Under the pieces are notes generated by a model. The model was not told where the DNA came from and did no database searches. It was given only the letters and a program-made list of their open reading frames with translations. The position numbers and the translations under genes are program-made. From positions 2,490,001-2,522,000 of the forward strand of contig NZ_CP042905.2 in NCBI RefSeq assembly GCF_008000775.2: a DNA stretch of 32,000 nucleotides, given 5' to 3'. This DNA is from Promethearchaeum syntrophicum. GTDB taxonomy: Archaea; Asgardarchaeota; Lokiarchaeia; Sigyniarchaeales; Promethearchaeaceae. The first letter of the stretch is position 1. Every line of letters begins with the position of its first letter. Positions 9,420 to 19,170 of the stretch are shown here, piece after piece.

Positions 9420-11306
9420 TTAAATTTTTCCAATTACAAACTCCAAACCGCGTTCTTTCAACGCTTTTTCAGTGGGAATTCCATGTTCATCCCAATCATG
9501 AGCCAAGTAATATAGTTTGACTGCTTCACGAAAAGCTTTCTCGTCATTGTACCAGCCTTTCGTTGGACCATCTGTGTTAGGTTCATTGAAGTTTCGCCAT
9601 GGTAAAGTATCTTCCGATTCGGCTGCAATACCTTCATGATTACATTCACGAATATTGAAACATTTCGCTAAATCATGGATCCGGGTTCCTGCCATCTCAA
9701 GTTCTTCCCCACTCATTGGTATTCCTGTTACCATTTCATATACTTCTGCGACTTCTGGTATACCTCTGTGATAAATACCGCGCGTAAATTTACAAACAAC
9801 TAATGAATCTATAACAGCAAGATAGTTTTCCATACCCATCAAAGCTTTACCACGTTTATCAAATTGATCATATTTACTGCGATCAAATTTCTTTTTTATA
9901 TCAAACCCATATGAACCAGAGCGTAAATGACAAGCCCCTCGGACAGAAACAGCAAACCCAACAGATGCAGTAGAGAGTCCTTTAAGTTCATAACCAGGAA
10001 TTCCCATTCCTTTGATTTCCATTGAGAATCTCTCTGAATTATGCCCTATTTTTCGTGCAGCAGCTCGTGAACCATCAGAACAAAGATCTCCTGCTTCAGT
10101 TTGTCTTAAACACATATCTTCTACAAATTGAACCATTGCATGATAATCTCCCCAATTTAAACCCTTTTTATAGACTGGATTATCACCTAACATTTTTTTA
10201 GTGATTAATCCCTTTTCATAAGCTTCCATAGCCCACCCAATTGTTACTCCCCCAGTCATTGTGTCTATTCCATATCGATCACAAAGTTCAATTGCTTTAA
10301 TAAGTGCGGGAAAATGATTTACCAAACACACTGATCCAAGAGCATAAATTGATTCAAAATCAACACTTGAAACTACGTTTGGCCAATCGGGATCATCGGG
10401 TGCGGTTCCGCAAAGGTGATCACAAGCGATCGGGCATTGACTGCATCCAGTTTTTTTTACAACCCATTTTTCTCGCATAGTTTCTCCCGAAATATCATCA
10501 GCTTTATCCCAATATCCTGTTTGAAAATTTTTTGTAGGTAAAACTCCGATTTCATTAAACACCATCATATTTATTGGAGTTCCAATATCCCTATATTTAA
10601 TAGTATCTTTACCATTTGCTAATTGGATTAATTCCTTTGCTTTGATCATAAACTCTTTGGGTTTTGCTATTTGAATTGATTTAGTTCCACGAAAAGCAAG
10701 AGCTTTTAGGTTTTTAGATCCCATAACCGCACCCAAGCCAGTTCGGCCAACTTGTCTTGCTCTATCATTAGTAATACATGCCTGTTTAGACAGTTTTTCA
10801 CCAGCTTGACCGCAAGCCATAACTGCAATTCGCTGGTCACCAAACATATTTCTTATTTCTTCTTCTGTTACCCATGTATCCTTACCCCAAACTGTGTCTT
10901 TGCATGGAATAAGTTGAATAGAGTCATCATCAAAGAACAAGAAAACGGGTTCAGGAGATTTGCCCGTAAATATTATCAAATCATAACCCGCTCGTCTCAT
11001 TTGAGCTCCAACAGAACCTGAACTAATCCCAAAACCAATTCGACCAGACAATGGACTTTTTGCACCAACTGCATATTTCGAAGATGTTGGTACAATTGTT
11101 CCTGGAAATGGGCCAATAGCAACGATGAATGGATTTTGAGGATCAAAAGGATCTATACCAACAGGACATTCATCCCATAATATTTTAGTAATAAATCCGT
11201 ATCCTCCGATATATTTTTTACAAAATTCTTCTTTCAGAACTTCCTTTTTTATTGTACCAGTTGTAAGATCAATTCTAACGCAAACTTGTGTATAAGCATT
11301 TACCAT
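9420..11306 (-). CDS. tungsten/molybdenum aldehyde ferredoxin oxidoreductase family protein
   Basis: AOR-family N-terminal domain (GGYGFITKILWDE, IVAIGPFPGT, RARQVGRTGLGAVMGSKNLKA), [4Fe-4S] motif CSQCPIACDHLC and downstream Cys in DSLVVCKF. Confidence 0.95.
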   Translation of the reverse strand: MVNAYTQVCVRIDLTTGTIKKEVLKEEFCKKYIGGYGFITKILWDECPVGIDPFDPQNPFIVAIGPFPGTIVPTSSKYAVGAKSPLSGRIGFGISSGSVGAQMRRAGYDLIIFTGKSPEPVFLFFDDDSIQLIPCKDTVWGKDTWVTEEEIRNMFGDQRIAVMACGQAGEKLSKQACITNDRARQVGRTGLGAVMGSKNLKALAFRGTKSIQIAKPKEFMIKAKELIQLANGKDTIKYRDIGTPINMMVFNEIGVLPTKNFQTGYWDKADDISGETMREKWVVKKTGCSQCPIACDHLCGTAPDDPDWPNVVSSVDFESIYALGSVCLVNHFPALIKAIELCDRYGIDTMTGGVTIGWAMEAYEKGLITKKMLGDNPVYKKGLNWGDYHAMVQFVEDMCLRQTEAGDLCSDGSRAAARKIGHNSERFSMEIKGMGIPGYELKGLSTASVGFAVSVRGACHLRSGSYGFDIKKKFDRSKYDQFDKRGKALMGMENYLAVIDSLVVCKFTRGIYHRGIPEVAEVYEMVTGIPMSGEELEMAGTRIHDLAKCFNIRECNHEGIAAESEDTLPWRNFNEPNTDGPTKGWYNDEKAFREAVKLYYLAHDWDEHGIPTEKALKERGLEFVIGKI

Positions 11307-11360
11307 AATAATTTTCTTCCCATTATTTTTTTAATTTAATTAATGTAATTTGATTATTTA

Positions 11361-12431
11361 TTACACTCGATTATTCATTCCAAAAAAGATGTTCGCACCA
11401 TTATAATGATCGATCAACGACTGAATTATATTAAAGTAATCCAATTGAATATTTCCACCAAAATCATTAAGTGTTAATTGTGAATCTTTAATTATTTTGA
11501 TTCGAGTCTCTAAAACTAGTTTATCATTTAATTTCCAAGTCGGTAAGTGATCATAAACCCATTTTCTGAAATGATCCTTTTCTTTTTCTAATGCTTTAAT
11601 TTCTTCTGGCATTAACGAGCGAATTTTTTCGATCATAATTTGAACATAAGGCATATCAAAAATTCGTTTACCTTCTAACGCTAGAAATATATCTTCTAAA
11701 TATGGTTCTCTAACATGAGTATCAAGGGAGCAAACTGTAGTCTTAATAAATAGATCTAAAAATTCTTCTTTTTCTAGTTCTGAAGCGAAAACAATTGCGG
11801 TACTTAAGTAATAGTTTAATTGAGCAATTTTTCTATTGTCCCAGAATGATTTACCGAGAGGGTCCATATTTTTTATTTTATCAACAATCTTATCAACCAT
11901 TTCATTCAATTTTTGATCGTCGATTTCTGTAGCATTCATCTGAATAATATTTCGAATTTGACCAACTTGGGATGCAATTTCTGTAGGATTCTTTTCTAAA
12001 TATGATAAAAAGTTCTTAATCTTAATTTCTAATAAAAGCTTACTCCCACTTTTCGTAAAACCTAGTGAGGAAAGAAAATTCTTAAATTCCATATCCTCTG
12101 GAACATCGATGGTTATTGATTTTACACCATCTAATCCAAAATACTCCAATAACTTAATAAATGTAAAATTTAGAATTCCTCTGTATGAATGTGACCTATT
12201 CATTCCAGCAGGACCAAATATAAGTTTACTACCTATTTTTTCAATCCCAATAAACATACCGATATGTAGGTCATTTGAATAAATATCAATTATTTCGGTT
12301 ATTGCTTTACGTGGTCGTTTAGTTAATCGAATAGTCTCGGCTTCTCCAAATTTTGTTTCGATTGGAAAGAATTCCTTTGATTTAAAGAACTTTTGGGCAA
12401 TCTTTTTTGATTCAGTTGTTATTTTTGACAC
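11361..12431 (-). CDS. hypothetical protein with GNAT-like N-terminal region
   Basis: 356-aa ORF inside the AOR/Hdr cluster; segment SYRGILNFTFIKLLEYFGLDGVKSITIDVPEDMEFKNFLSSLGFTKSG resembles the GNAT motif A/B layout. Confidence 0.8.
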   Translation of the reverse strand: MSKITTESKKIAQKFFKSKEFFPIETKFGEAETIRLTKRPRKAITEIIDIYSNDLHIGMFIGIEKIGSKLIFGPAGMNRSHSYRGILNFTFIKLLEYFGLDGVKSITIDVPEDMEFKNFLSSLGFTKSGSKLLLEIKIKNFLSYLEKNPTEIASQVGQIRNIIQMNATEIDDQKLNEMVDKIVDKIKNMDPLGKSFWDNRKIAQLNYYLSTAIVFASELEKEEFLDLFIKTTVCSLDTHVREPYLEDIFLALEGKRIFDMPYVQIMIEKIRSLMPEEIKALEKEKDHFRKWVYDHLPTWKLNDKLVLETRIKIIKDSQLTLNDFGGNIQLDYFNIIQSLIDHYNGANIFFGMNNRV

Positions 12432-12506
12432 CTCAGAATACTACAATTAATTCTTATCAACATTAAAAAAAAACATATCATATTATTTGAACAATTGGGG
12501 AATATT

Positions 12507-12953
12507 TTATTTATTATTTCTCGGATTTTTTCCTAGAAGTTTTAATTCTTTTACGAATTCTTTCGAGATTTCAGTCAATTCAGCACCTTCTGAAGCGCTT
12601 ATATGTTCTAATCTCACTCTTTTTGGATTAAAACCATATTGCTTAACAAATTCTCTAATAATCGGCATTCTTCTAACGGTTTTATGATTTCCACTGACAT
12701 AATGACAATCACCTATATGACATGCACCAATTAGAACCCCATCCGCACCCCGCTTTAAAGCTTCAATTATAAATCTCGCTTCTACTCTTCCTGAACACAT
12801 AACCCTCATTATTCTTAAATTTGCTGGGCGTTGCATTCTCGATGTTCCTGCTTGATCTGCTCCAGTATAGGTACACCAATTACAAAATATCGCTAAAATA
12901 AAAGGATCGAATTCATCAACTTCCTTTACTTTATCATTACTTTTTTTTTCCAT
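12507..12953 (-). CDS. mvhD: MvhD/VhuD-type iron-sulfur subunit (hydrogenase/Hdr-linked delta subunit)
   Basis: ILAIFCNWCTYTGADQAGTSRM, CSGRVEARFIIEALKRGADGVLIGACHIGDCHY are characteristic. Confidence 0.93.
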   Translation of the reverse strand: MEKKSNDKVKEVDEFDPFILAIFCNWCTYTGADQAGTSRMQRPANLRIMRVMCSGRVEARFIIEALKRGADGVLIGACHIGDCHYVSGNHKTVRRMPIIREFVKQYGFNPKRVRLEHISASEGAELTEISKEFVKELKLLGKNPRNNK

Positions 12954-14966
12954 TTAATTAAATCCTCCTAAAACATCTGTAATGATGGTCATTAATTGAT
13001 CGCCTGTAAAATGATTCTGATAAATTGCATTAGATGGACAACTAGCAACACATGTTCCGCAACCATGGCACATAATCGGATTTATATACGCTACTTTTTG
13101 CTTATCATCAAAAGAAATTGCATTATAGGGGCATAAATTAATACAAGAACGACATCCAGAACATAAATTTGCTTGAACTACTGCATAATAGGGGTCTACT
13201 TCAACTTCACCTTTTGCCATTAAAATTGCGGCTCCAGAAGCTGCTCCCTTTGCTTGACTAACAGCATCAGGAATATCTTTTGGCCCTTGAGCAACCCCTG
13301 CAACAAAAATACCTGCAGTAAGACAATCAACTGGTCTAAGTTTAGGGTGGGCTTCCATGAAAAATCCATCAGATGTTTGTTGTATTCCCAACATGGATGC
13401 AACTTGAGAAGAATCTGATCTTGTTTCTACTCCGGTTGATAATACTACTAAATCAACATTAATTGCTATTGGACGACTTAAAAATGTATCTTCTCCTCGA
13501 AGTAATAATGTTTTATCAGGATTTTGGTATATTTCAGCCAATCTACCCCTCATATATTTTATCCCAAAATCATGACTTGATGATTCATAAAATTCCTCAT
13601 ATCCCTTTCCAAAAGCCCTTATATCCATGTAAAAAATATAACATTCTGCTTCAGGATGTTTTTCTTTATACTGACGCGCTTGCTTTATTGCGTACATACA
13701 ACAGACACGACTGCAATATTTATGATAACCTTCTCTATTATCCCTACTTCCAACACATTGCAACCAAGCTACAGAATGAGGAGGTTTACCATTTGAAGGA
13801 CATACGGGTTTTCCTAAATTTGGGCCTGTACTGGAAAGATTTCTCTCCATTTCTAATCCAGTGATAACATTTTCATATACTCCATAGCCATAATTTTTGA
13901 GATTTGTAGGATTAATCTGATCGTAGCCTGTTGAAACAATTATCGTTCCGACCTTTATTGTAGAATAATGATCTTCTTCATCATAGTTAATAGCTCCTGG
14001 TTCGCAAATATTGGGTAAAGCGCAAATTCCACATTTTATACAATGATCAATATCTATTGTAAATTGACCCGGAACTGCTTGTGGGAAGGGGATATATATT
14101 GCCTTACGTGGGCTCATGTTTAAATCAAAACTATTCGCACAAATAACGGGACAACTATCTACACATGCGCCACAACCAGTACATTTAAGTTGATCAACGT
14201 AATGTGCTTTATGTTTTATTTTAACTTCGAAATTACCCACATATCCATCAACTTGCTCAACTTCAGAATATGCCATTATATGAATATTCGGATTTCGGGA
14301 AACATCCACCATTTTTGGGGTTAAAATACATGAAGAACAATCCATAGTGGGAAAAGTTTTATCCAATTGTGCCATATGACCACCAATCGTTAATTCTCTT
14401 TCAACTAGAAATACTTCAAAACCTTGATCAGCAAGATCCAAAGCAGAGTTCATTCCAGCAATACCTGCACCTATTACTAAGGTAGAAGGTTTTACTTTAA
14501 CTTTTATGGTTTCTAATGCTTTTAGTTTACGCACTTTAGCAACTTGCATACGAATGTGATCTTTAGCAATTCTTTGAGCGCCTTCATGATCATACATATT
14601 TACCCATGTTGCATGTTCTCTGATATTAGCTTGAGCAAAATAAAATGGATTCAGACCATTTTCTTTTAAAACGCGTCGGAATGTTGGTTCATGCATTCTA
14701 GGGCTACACGCAGCAACCACGATACGATTAACTAATCCATCTTTAATATCTTTAGCAATTTCTGCTTGTCCATTATCGGAACAATAGAATTTGTATTGTT
14801 TACAAAGAGTGACATTTGGAAGAGTTTTACCGAATTCTACCATATCATCCATCTGTAAAACTCCCCCGATATTTATTCCACAATTACATATATATAGTCC
14901 TATTCGGACATCGTCATCCTTCGGGCTCTTTAATTTTGAAATCGGTGTTGGATTACTTTCAGTCAT
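12954..14966 (-). CDS. hdrA: CoB-CoM heterodisulfide reductase HdrA-like FAD/iron-sulfur protein
   Basis: FAD-binding VIGAGIAGMNSALDLADQGFEVFLVE, DCSSCILTPKM, four ferredoxin-type Cys clusters; abuts mvhD. Confidence 0.95.
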   Translation of the reverse strand: MTESNPTPISKLKSPKDDDVRIGLYICNCGINIGGVLQMDDMVEFGKTLPNVTLCKQYKFYCSDNGQAEIAKDIKDGLVNRIVVAACSPRMHEPTFRRVLKENGLNPFYFAQANIREHATWVNMYDHEGAQRIAKDHIRMQVAKVRKLKALETIKVKVKPSTLVIGAGIAGMNSALDLADQGFEVFLVERELTIGGHMAQLDKTFPTMDCSSCILTPKMVDVSRNPNIHIMAYSEVEQVDGYVGNFEVKIKHKAHYVDQLKCTGCGACVDSCPVICANSFDLNMSPRKAIYIPFPQAVPGQFTIDIDHCIKCGICALPNICEPGAINYDEEDHYSTIKVGTIIVSTGYDQINPTNLKNYGYGVYENVITGLEMERNLSSTGPNLGKPVCPSNGKPPHSVAWLQCVGSRDNREGYHKYCSRVCCMYAIKQARQYKEKHPEAECYIFYMDIRAFGKGYEEFYESSSHDFGIKYMRGRLAEIYQNPDKTLLLRGEDTFLSRPIAINVDLVVLSTGVETRSDSSQVASMLGIQQTSDGFFMEAHPKLRPVDCLTAGIFVAGVAQGPKDIPDAVSQAKGAASGAAILMAKGEVEVDPYYAVVQANLCSGCRSCINLCPYNAISFDDKQKVAYINPIMCHGCGTCVASCPSNAIYQNHFTGDQLMTIITDVLGGFN

Positions 14967-14993
14967 TTTTTTTCACTATGATATCGTTAAAAG

Positions 14994-15566
14994 TTATTTT
15001 TTTTCTTCATTTACAGGTTCGATATCTAAATCTACAATTTTATCAAACCCAGTCAAATGCATCAATTTTTGTATATTTAACACTGCCTCAGGATGAGAAT
15101 GAGTTGTAGCGGGAATTTTTGAAAGCCCATAAGACTCACGAGCCTTTGACCATTGATTATCTTCATTATTTTTTGTAATTCCTAACGGTACACCATGACC
15201 AGTTTTAGCAAGGATTTGAGTTACTTTCACGTGTGCCGGTTTAATAAAACCCCTTCTTGTTGCTAAATTCCTTAATTTTATAATTACATCTGTTACGGGG
15301 ATATTTCGGGGACATCTTTCATAACAAGTATAACAAGTAGAGCAAAGCCAAATATCCTCATCGGAAAGCACTTCATCAAGCGATAGAACTGCTTCTCTCA
15401 TAATTTGTCGAGTACGAATCGCCGTTCTTCGACCAGAGGGACAAGAACCTGTGCATGTTCCGCATTGAAAACAAGCTCTCATTATTCTGAGTGCTTCATC
15501 TTTTATGATTTCTGCACTTATATCATTACTAATATTAAATATTATATTGGGTGTTATTTTTTCCAT
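14994..15566 (-). CDS. hdrC: HdrC-like iron-sulfur subunit
   Basis: CFQCGTCTGSCPSGRR and CYTCYERCPRN clusters; immediately upstream of hdrA. Confidence 0.9.
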   Translation of the reverse strand: MEKITPNIIFNISNDISAEIIKDEALRIMRACFQCGTCTGSCPSGRRTAIRTRQIMREAVLSLDEVLSDEDIWLCSTCYTCYERCPRNIPVTDVIIKLRNLATRRGFIKPAHVKVTQILAKTGHGVPLGITKNNEDNQWSKARESYGLSKIPATTHSHPEAVLNIQKLMHLTGFDKIVDLDIEPVNEEKK

Positions 15567-15984
15567 ATTTTTTCCCTATTTTATTGCAAGGTTAAAATTT
15601 TCCTAACGTAAATCGCTATGAGAATTTCCTAGATTAAAAATTTCAAAATTTTTATAGATATCAGATTAAAGAAAGTGTATTATGATTTAGAAATGAAAAA
15701 GTTAGTTTAAAAAACTTCACTTCTTTTTTTTCGGAAAACAGTAAAAATGAAACAAACTCAAAATTGTTTTTTCATATTCTACTACTCATTTTATTTTATT
15801 ATTACATAAAACCATTAAAAAAATGCAAATTATTATTAAAATTGATCAAAACTTTGATAAAAAAAAACTAAATTCTACATTTTCAGAGCTAAATCTAATT
15901 TAATCAAATTCTAAAAATAGAATGAATAACATGAGGCAATTTTTATATAAGACAAATATAACCTCTTCTTAAGTTGAAAAAAGA

Positions 15985-15998
15985 ATATTTATACTTAT
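15985..15998 (+). promoter_or_regulatory. candidate TATA box for the TPR-HdrB gene
   Basis: A-rich tract then atatttatacttat located about 20-30 bp before the ATG at 16016, consistent with leaderless or short-leader archaeal transcription. Confidence 0.4.
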
Positions 15999-16015
15999 TT
16001 TGAGTCGATTATTTC

Positions 16016-17842
16016 ATGGTAAAAACAAAAAAATCTCAAAAAATAAAAAAAAAAAGCATTGATTCATTAGAAAATTTAATAGATTTAGGGGTTTCTTTTC
16101 TGGAAAACGGGGATATTCTTGAAGCAAGACATTATTTCCAAGACGCCATTAAAAAATTTCCATCTAAACCTCAGGGATTCATTCATCTAGGATTATTTAA
16201 TTTAAAAAATGACGATTTAGTGGCTGCAAGTAACAATTTTCTTAATGCTGCAAATTTGGATAGAAAAAATACTGAAATATGGATAAATTTAGCAAAAATT
16301 CATTTTAAATTGGGAGGTCTTGCACGAGCCTTTGATTATTCCCAAAAATCATTAGAATTATCACCAAATAATCCTAAAGTATTATTTTATGCGGGGATTA
16401 TCAAACTTTTTCAAATGGATCTCTATTATGCTAAAAAATATCTAACTAAAGCTGCAACAATTGAAAAAGATCCTATATATCCTTATGTGAAATTCTTTTT
16501 AGGGATTTTATACGCGAAGCAAGGTCTATATCTTAAAGCGGCGGAAAATTTTCGAGCTATAAAAAGCCATCCTATTTTTAAAGATATTTCAACAAAGAAT
16601 GGATTATGTTTACAAAATAATTTAGGAATGGTCGAGTATAGGTTGGGAAATATTATAGTAGCAGAACAGATTTTTGAACATATCACAAAAAATGGCCACA
16701 ATCTCAATGCGAATATCTGGATAAACCTCGCGATGATTTACTGGAGCCAAGATAAAACCCAACAAAATTTAAGTGCACTTCGCAAAGCTTCCCAAATTGA
16801 TCCTAAAAGTTGGCCGTGGGTGAAAGAACTTGAAGAATATTTAAAATCGGGTCAAGATGGATTAAAAGCGAAGATACAGAATTTATTGAAAGAAAATCCT
16901 GAAGGAAAAAATATTTCTATGTTTTTAGGATGTGTTATACCAAATCGATATCCATTTATAGATGCTGCTTGCCGTCATGTTTTAAATTCATTAAAAGTTG
17001 GAGTTGTTGAATTAGAAGGAGCGGGGTGTTGCCCTGCCCCTGGTGTATTTAGGTCTTTTGATATTAATACATGGCGCGTTTTAGGTGCTCGAAATATTAC
17101 TATTGCAGAAGATATTGAACGTGATATGTGCATCATGTGTAATGGTTGTTATGGAACTTTAAATGATATCAATACAGATTTAAAAGAGGATATTGAGAAA
17201 AGAGATTATGTTAACGATAAATTAAAAGAAATTGGGCGCGAATTTAAAGGAACAATAGATACCAATCACATTTTATGGATTTTATATAATGATGTCGGAA
17301 TGAAAGAATTAAAAAAGAAAATTGTTCATAAATTAGATTATAATATTGCAATTCATTATGGTTGCCATATATTAAAACCGATTCATAATAAGCCATGGAA
17401 AGATAGTTTTGAAGCTCCAACCTTTTTCGATGATATTATGGAATTAACAGGTGTTAAAAGCATTCCCCACCAAGATAAATTGATGTGTTGTGGCGCAGGT
17501 GGTGGACTACGTGGTTCCATTAAACAAGTCGCAGATGATTTTACTCGCGATAAAATGGAATCATATCGCGCGGCTGGTGTTGATATGGTTGTGGATTGTT
17601 GTCCGTTTTGTCATTTGCAATTAGATTTAGGTCAAGTTGGAATAAATTCTGATTTCAAAGATAAAATTGAAGAACCATTTAAAACACCAGTAATTTATTT
17701 TACACAACTCCTTGGATTAGCAATGGGATTGGATCCTTATAGTCTTGGACTTTTACGAACTCCACAACCAAAAGTTATTCCTCCTTTTATTCCAGTAGTG
17801 CCGATTTTTACAAAATTTATAGATGATATAGATATAAAATAA
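16016..17842 (+). CDS. TPR-repeat / HdrB fusion protein (N-terminal TPR array, C-terminal HdrB with two CCG domains)
   Basis: About 7 TPR-like repeats in the N-terminal ~290 aa, then FLGCVIPNR...GAGCCPAP...CIMCNGC and HYGCH...MCCGAGGG...DCCPFC CCG motifs. Confidence 0.93.
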   Translation: MVKTKKSQKIKKKSIDSLENLIDLGVSFLENGDILEARHYFQDAIKKFPSKPQGFIHLGLFNLKNDDLVAASNNFLNAANLDRKNTEIWINLAKIHFKLGGLARAFDYSQKSLELSPNNPKVLFYAGIIKLFQMDLYYAKKYLTKAATIEKDPIYPYVKFFLGILYAKQGLYLKAAENFRAIKSHPIFKDISTKNGLCLQNNLGMVEYRLGNIIVAEQIFEHITKNGHNLNANIWINLAMIYWSQDKTQQNLSALRKASQIDPKSWPWVKELEEYLKSGQDGLKAKIQNLLKENPEGKNISMFLGCVIPNRYPFIDAACRHVLNSLKVGVVELEGAGCCPAPGVFRSFDINTWRVLGARNITIAEDIERDMCIMCNGCYGTLNDINTDLKEDIEKRDYVNDKLKEIGREFKGTIDTNHILWILYNDVGMKELKKKIVHKLDYNIAIHYGCHILKPIHNKPWKDSFEAPTFFDDIMELTGVKSIPHQDKLMCCGAGGGLRGSIKQVADDFTRDKMESYRAAGVDMVVDCCPFCHLQLDLGQVGINSDFKDKIEEPFKTPVIYFTQLLGLAMGLDPYSLGLLRTPQPKVIPPFIPVVPIFTKFIDDIDIK

Positions 17843-17852
17843 ATTTTTAAAC

Positions 17853-17879
17853 GGGTTTTTGTTTAGAAAACCCTTTTTT
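17853..17879 (+). terminator. hairpin plus T-tract, terminator-like
   Basis: GGGTTTT-TGTTTAG-AAAACCC followed by TTTTTT, just after the TPR-HdrB stop codon. Confidence 0.5.
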
Positions 17880-17919
17880 AGAATCAAGATATTATTTCAA
17901 ATATTTAAGAAAAACTAAA

Positions 17920-18684
17920 ATGCTGAAAAAAATGTCGTTTCCAAAACTATCTAAAGTCGTTGATGAGTCCCAAATTAAAATTGAGCATAAATTTCTCGTA
18001 AAAAAATATGAATTAGTGCTAGATCGCTTAAAATGTGTTGGTTGTGGTCAATGTTCTATAGTATGTCCTCGTGATGCAATTTTATTTGGTCCCGCATCTG
18101 CAGTATATGAATCTAAGCCAAAGGATTTAAACGCAGCTGTAGTAGATACTATCGATGAAAATCTGTGCGTTATGTGTGGTACCTGTGCTTATTTCTGCCC
18201 ATTTGATGCTCTTGATTTATATTTTGATGGAGAAAAAGTAAATATTGAAGAAATGGATATTACTAAATTCCATTCTCTCCCGAAATTAGAACCGAAAACT
18301 GTTTATTGTTCTCACATTAAAAGAGACGCTAAAGTGTACTGGGAAGGAGAAACTAAAGTAACTTACGAAATTGAGAAGAATGAATCTGAATTTAAAAAAC
18401 ATTATATGAATAAATGCCCAGGAGACTGCCATAAATGCGAAGAAATTTGTCCTACTGATGCAATCAAATTCAGAGAGTTAGGTGATGCTTGGGAATCCAA
18501 AATCTTAATAGAAATTGATGATGAAAAGTGTATTAATTGCAGTGCATGTATGTTAGTATGTCCTCAGGATTACTTTAAAACGACGTGGAGCGATATTCAT
18601 ACTTCTGGTCCGTATAATGACATGTTTTGGGATCCTATCAAAGAGAGGCTTTTGAAACAAGAAGTAAAATTCACAGAAGAATAA
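17920..18684 (+). CDS. polyferredoxin, 4x[4Fe-4S] (FwdF/MvhB-like)
   Basis: CVGCGQCSIVCPRDA, CVMCGTCAYFCPFDA, CPGDCHKCEEICPTDA, CINCSACMLVCPQD. Confidence 0.9.
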   Translation: MLKKMSFPKLSKVVDESQIKIEHKFLVKKYELVLDRLKCVGCGQCSIVCPRDAILFGPASAVYESKPKDLNAAVVDTIDENLCVMCGTCAYFCPFDALDLYFDGEKVNIEEMDITKFHSLPKLEPKTVYCSHIKRDAKVYWEGETKVTYEIEKNESEFKKHYMNKCPGDCHKCEEICPTDAIKFRELGDAWESKILIEIDDEKCINCSACMLVCPQDYFKTTWSDIHTSGPYNDMFWDPIKERLLKQEVKFTEE

Positions 18685-18915
18685 TTTTCACCTTGGAAAA
18701 CAAGTTTCATATTTTTTTTCGTTTTGTTTTTATATCTCTATTATCCTCAATCGTTGTCATTAAATACAAATCAATTGAAAAAATGAAGAATATAAATGAC
18801 AAAGATTTTGCCTCCAAAGGGGATATTTGTATATAAGTTGATTAGAAATTTCAAAAAATAACAGATTATTTTACATTTAGAATCTTCAAACATTCTAAAT
18901 TCATTACAGTCCCCC

Positions 18916-19155
18916 CTAGGTTGTCCCGATTTTATCCTTATATTTCTTATACCACTGTTCATAACCGAGATTCATAAGAAAATAAGCAGGTATCCATGCA
19001 AAACTACCAATTATGAATAAAATAAGCGGTACAGGATTATCTTCAAAGGAAATTGTATGATGGATGAGAAACAAAATAATAATATATAAGGCAATTACAA
19101 TTAAAAATGCATAAAAAGACCATAAAATCGATTTAAATACATTCCTATTTCGCAA
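18916..19155 (-). CDS. small two-TM protein
   Basis: 79-aa ORF with two hydrophobic segments, 15 bp downstream of a same-strand zinc-ribbon ORF. Confidence 0.6.
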   Translation of the reverse strand: MRNRNVFKSILWSFYAFLIVIALYIIILFLIHHTISFEDNPVPLILFIIGSFAWIPAYFLMNLGYEQWYKKYKDKIGTT

Positions 19156-19170
19156 ACAACTCTTCTGTAC

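Noticed and set aside
18905-18920. C-rich tract cagtccccccctagg as another tRNA-tail fragment
   Set aside because: Does not match the following agagccgcca part of the motif and overlaps the stop codon of the 18916-19155 ORF
18771-18962. 63-aa minus-strand ORF and 69-aa plus-strand ORF at 18627-18836
   Set aside because: They overlap the better-supported ends of neighbouring genes and lack recognisable features
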